Shown here: positions 31,310 to 33,106 of the stretch, piece by piece
Numbering within the stretch: the stretch's first letter is position 1
Layout: every line of letters begins with the position of its first letter
Assembly: GCA_022776785.1 (NCBI GenBank)
Contig: JALFHA010000026.1
Coordinates: 1-33,106 of the forward strand
Reading direction: 5' to 3'
Source: Clostridiales bacterium
Lineage (GTDB): Bacteria; Bacillota; Clostridia; Christensenellales; Aristaeellaceae
Length of the DNA stretch: 33,106 bases
Position numbers and translations under genes: made by a program
The notes under the pieces: model-generated
Databases searched by the model: none
What the model saw: the letters and a program-made list of their open reading frames with translations, nothing else
What the model was told of the DNA's origin: nothing

Positions 31310-33106
31310 TCATTCCACCGTCACGCTCTTGGCGAGGTTCCTCGGCTTATCGACGTCGAGACCACGCGCGCAGCTGATATAATACGCCAGCAGCTGGAGC
31401 GGCACGACCGCCAGCGACGTGGCGAACAGCGCCTCCGTCCTCGGGACATAGACGGTGAAGTTCACCGTATCCTCGATGGCATACTGTCCGTAGGTCGTCA
31501 GGCCAAAGAGATACGCGCCGCGGCTGCGCACCTCCACCATGTTGGAGACCACCTTCTCAAACAGCTCAGGCTGCGTCGCCACGCCGACGACGAGCACGCC
31601 GTCCTCAATGAGGCTGATCGTGCCGTGCTTGAGCTCGCCGGCGGCATACGCCTCCGAGTGGATGTAGCTGATCTCCTTGAGCTTGAGGCTGCCCTCCAGG
31701 CTGATGGCGTAATCGAGCCCGCGGCCGATGAAGAACACGTCCCGGCTGGCGGCCATCTTGTTGGCGAACCACTGGAGCCGCTCCTTGTCGCTGAGCGTGC
31801 GCTCGATCTTATCCGGCAGAGCCAGCAGCTCATCGATGAGCGCCTGCTCGCGCGCTACATCGATGGCGCCGCGCACGGCGGCCATCCGCACGGCCAGCAG
31901 GTACAGCGCCGCAAGCTGCGTGGAATATGCCTTGGTCGTCGCCACGGAGATTTCGGGTCCGGCCCATGTGTACATCACCGCATCCGCCTCGCGCGCGATG
32001 GACGAGCCGACGACATTCACCACCGCCAGCGTGTAGATGCCGCGCTCCTTGCACAGGCGCAGGGCGGCGAGGCTATCCGCCGTCTCGCCGCTCTGGCTGA
32101 TGACGACCGCCAGCGCGTGCTCATCCAGAATCGGGCTGCGGTAGCGGAACTCGCTGGCAAGCTCCACCTCGCATGGGACGCGCGCAAGCTGCTCGATGAC
32201 ATAGCGCTCCGCCATGCCGACGTGATAGGCCGAGCCGCAGCCGATGAGCACCACGCGCGAGATGGCGCGCAGGTCATCGTCGGTGAGGCCCGTCTCGGTC
32301 AGGTCGATGCTGCGCGTGCCGTCCTCGTTTTCGCGGATGCGCGGGGAGAGCGTATCGCGCACGGCGCGCGGCTGCTCGTGAATCTCCTTCATCATGAAGT
32401 GCTCGTAGCCGTCCTTCTCGGCAGCCGCGGCATCCCACTGGATCTCGGAGACGGGCTTCTCGACCTCTTCGCCGTCGATGCTGTAGACGTGCAGCTCGTC
32501 GCGCGTCAGGCAGGCGATCTCCATGTTGTCGATGTAGACGACCCGGCGCGTATAGCTGAGCATGGCCGGCACGTCGGAGGCGATCATGTGACCCTCCAGC
32601 TCGCCCTCGCAGCAGCCCAGAATCAGCGGGCTGTCCTTGCGGGCGGCGTACATCACTCCCGGCTGATCGCCGAAGAGAATGCCCAGCGCATAGCTGCCGC
32701 GCACGCGCACCATCATCGCGCGAATCGCGTCGAGCGCGCGCTCGCGCGGGGGCATCGACGCGCGGCCCGGGTCGCTGTAATAGCGGTCCAGCAGCAGCGC
32801 GGCGACCTCCGTATCCGTCTGGGACTGGAAGGCGTAGCCCTTGCGCGTGAGGCTGGCCTTGATATCCTGATAGTTCTCGATGATGCCGTTGTGCACGACG
32901 ACCACGCGCTTCTCGCGGGAGTAGTGCGGATGGGCATTGACGGTGCTCGGCTCGCCATGCGTCGCCCAGCGCGTATGGCCGATGCCGCAGCAGCCGCGCA
33001 CGGCGTTGCCGGAGTCGGTCATCTGCATCAGGGTCTTGAGCCTCCCCTTCGCCTTGACGACCTCCACATGGTCGCGGCCCTCGTCGCGCACGGCAATGCC
33101 CGCCGA
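31310..33106 (-). CDS. glmS: Glutamine-fructose-6-phosphate aminotransferase (5' end beyond the right window edge)
   Basis: Motifs include GIGHTRWATHG, two SIS domains (SQSGETADS) and the C-terminal DKPRNLAKSVTVE. The frame stays open to nt 33106 (...SAGIAVRDEGRDHVEVVKAKG). Confidence 0.93.
   Translation of the reverse strand, partial: SAGIAVRDEGRDHVEVVKAKGRLKTLMQMTDSGNAVRGCCGIGHTRWATHGEPSTVNAHPHYSREKRVVVVHNGIIENYQDIKASLTRKGYAFQSQTDTEVAALLLDRYYSDPGRASMPPRERALDAIRAMMVRVRGSYALGILFGDQPGVMYAARKDSPLILGCCEGELEGHMIASDVPAMLSYTRRVVYIDNMEIACLTRDELHVYSIDGEEVEKPVSEIQWDAAAAEKDGYEHFMMKEIHEQPRAVRDTLSPRIRENEDGTRSIDLTETGLTDDDLRAISRVVLIGCGSAYHVGMAERYVIEQLARVPCEVELASEFRYRSPILDEHALAVVISQSGETADSLAALRLCKERGIYTLAVVNVVGSSIAREADAVMYTWAGPEISVATTKAYSTQLAALYLLAVRMAAVRGAIDVAREQALIDELLALPDKIERTLSDKERLQWFANKMAASRDVFFIGRGLDYAISLEGSLKLKEISYIHSEAYAAGELKHGTISLIEDGVLVVGVATQPELFEKVVSNMVEVRSRGAYLFGLTTYGQYAIEDTVNFTVYVPRTEALFATSLAVVPLQLLAYYISCARGLDVDKPRNLAKSVTVE

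Noticed and set aside
33000-33106. glmS ribozyme/riboswitch
   Set aside because: It would lie upstream of the glmS start codon, beyond the right edge of the window, so it is not observable here.

Overview
The window is a high-G+C, Firmicute-style chromosome segment with GGAGG-type ribosome binding sites. A Clostridia/Oscillospiraceae-like host is only a guess. No rRNA, tRNA, CRISPR array or transposase was seen.

PROPHAGE (nt 1 to about 24,170). This is the right-hand ~24 kb of an integrated prophage with lambda-like architecture.
- All lytic-direction genes are on the minus strand. From right to left they are: an antirepressor remnant, dUTPase, a replisome organizer with internal iterons, an ASCH-like remnant, small AT-rich morons, a ThyX-like gene, an XRE-domain protein, a Cys-rich protein, a Zn-ribbon protein and a sigma-region-4-like late regulator.
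- These are followed by a promoter with two terminators, then gpZ-like, TerS, TerL(GpA), gpW, portal, ClpP/S49 protease, gpD-like, gpE capsid, four connector-region ORFs, a P2-like sheath, a 69-aa ORF and a tape measure that runs off the left edge.
- The plus-strand lysogeny side (20,520-24,170) is visibly AT-richer. It holds an N-terminally truncated XRE repressor, a SWIM zinc-finger protein, a secreted two-domain protein and a large serine recombinase whose ORF reads out across the prophage/host junction.

HOST GENES (from about 24,170). These are a small membrane protein, a 55-aa ORF, recQ, a GT39-like membrane glycosyltransferase, an Ldh_2-family dehydrogenase, a MATE exporter and glmS (5' end off-window).

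MAIN OBSERVATIONS.
- The prophage carries several apparent internal deletion scars, so it is probably grounded (unable to complete a lytic cycle). The genetic switch is missing, the TerL nuclease domain is missing, the DnaD-like and ASCH-like genes are joined out of frame, and there is no separate tube or chaperone gene.
- The intact AT-rich SWIM + secreted-protein pair sits next to the integrase. It is the best candidate for an undescribed prophage-encoded exclusion or defence function.
- The late regulator, strong promoter and tandem terminators form a Q/PR'/tR'-like layout that suggests antitermination control.

All family assignments are motif-level recollection without database searches.
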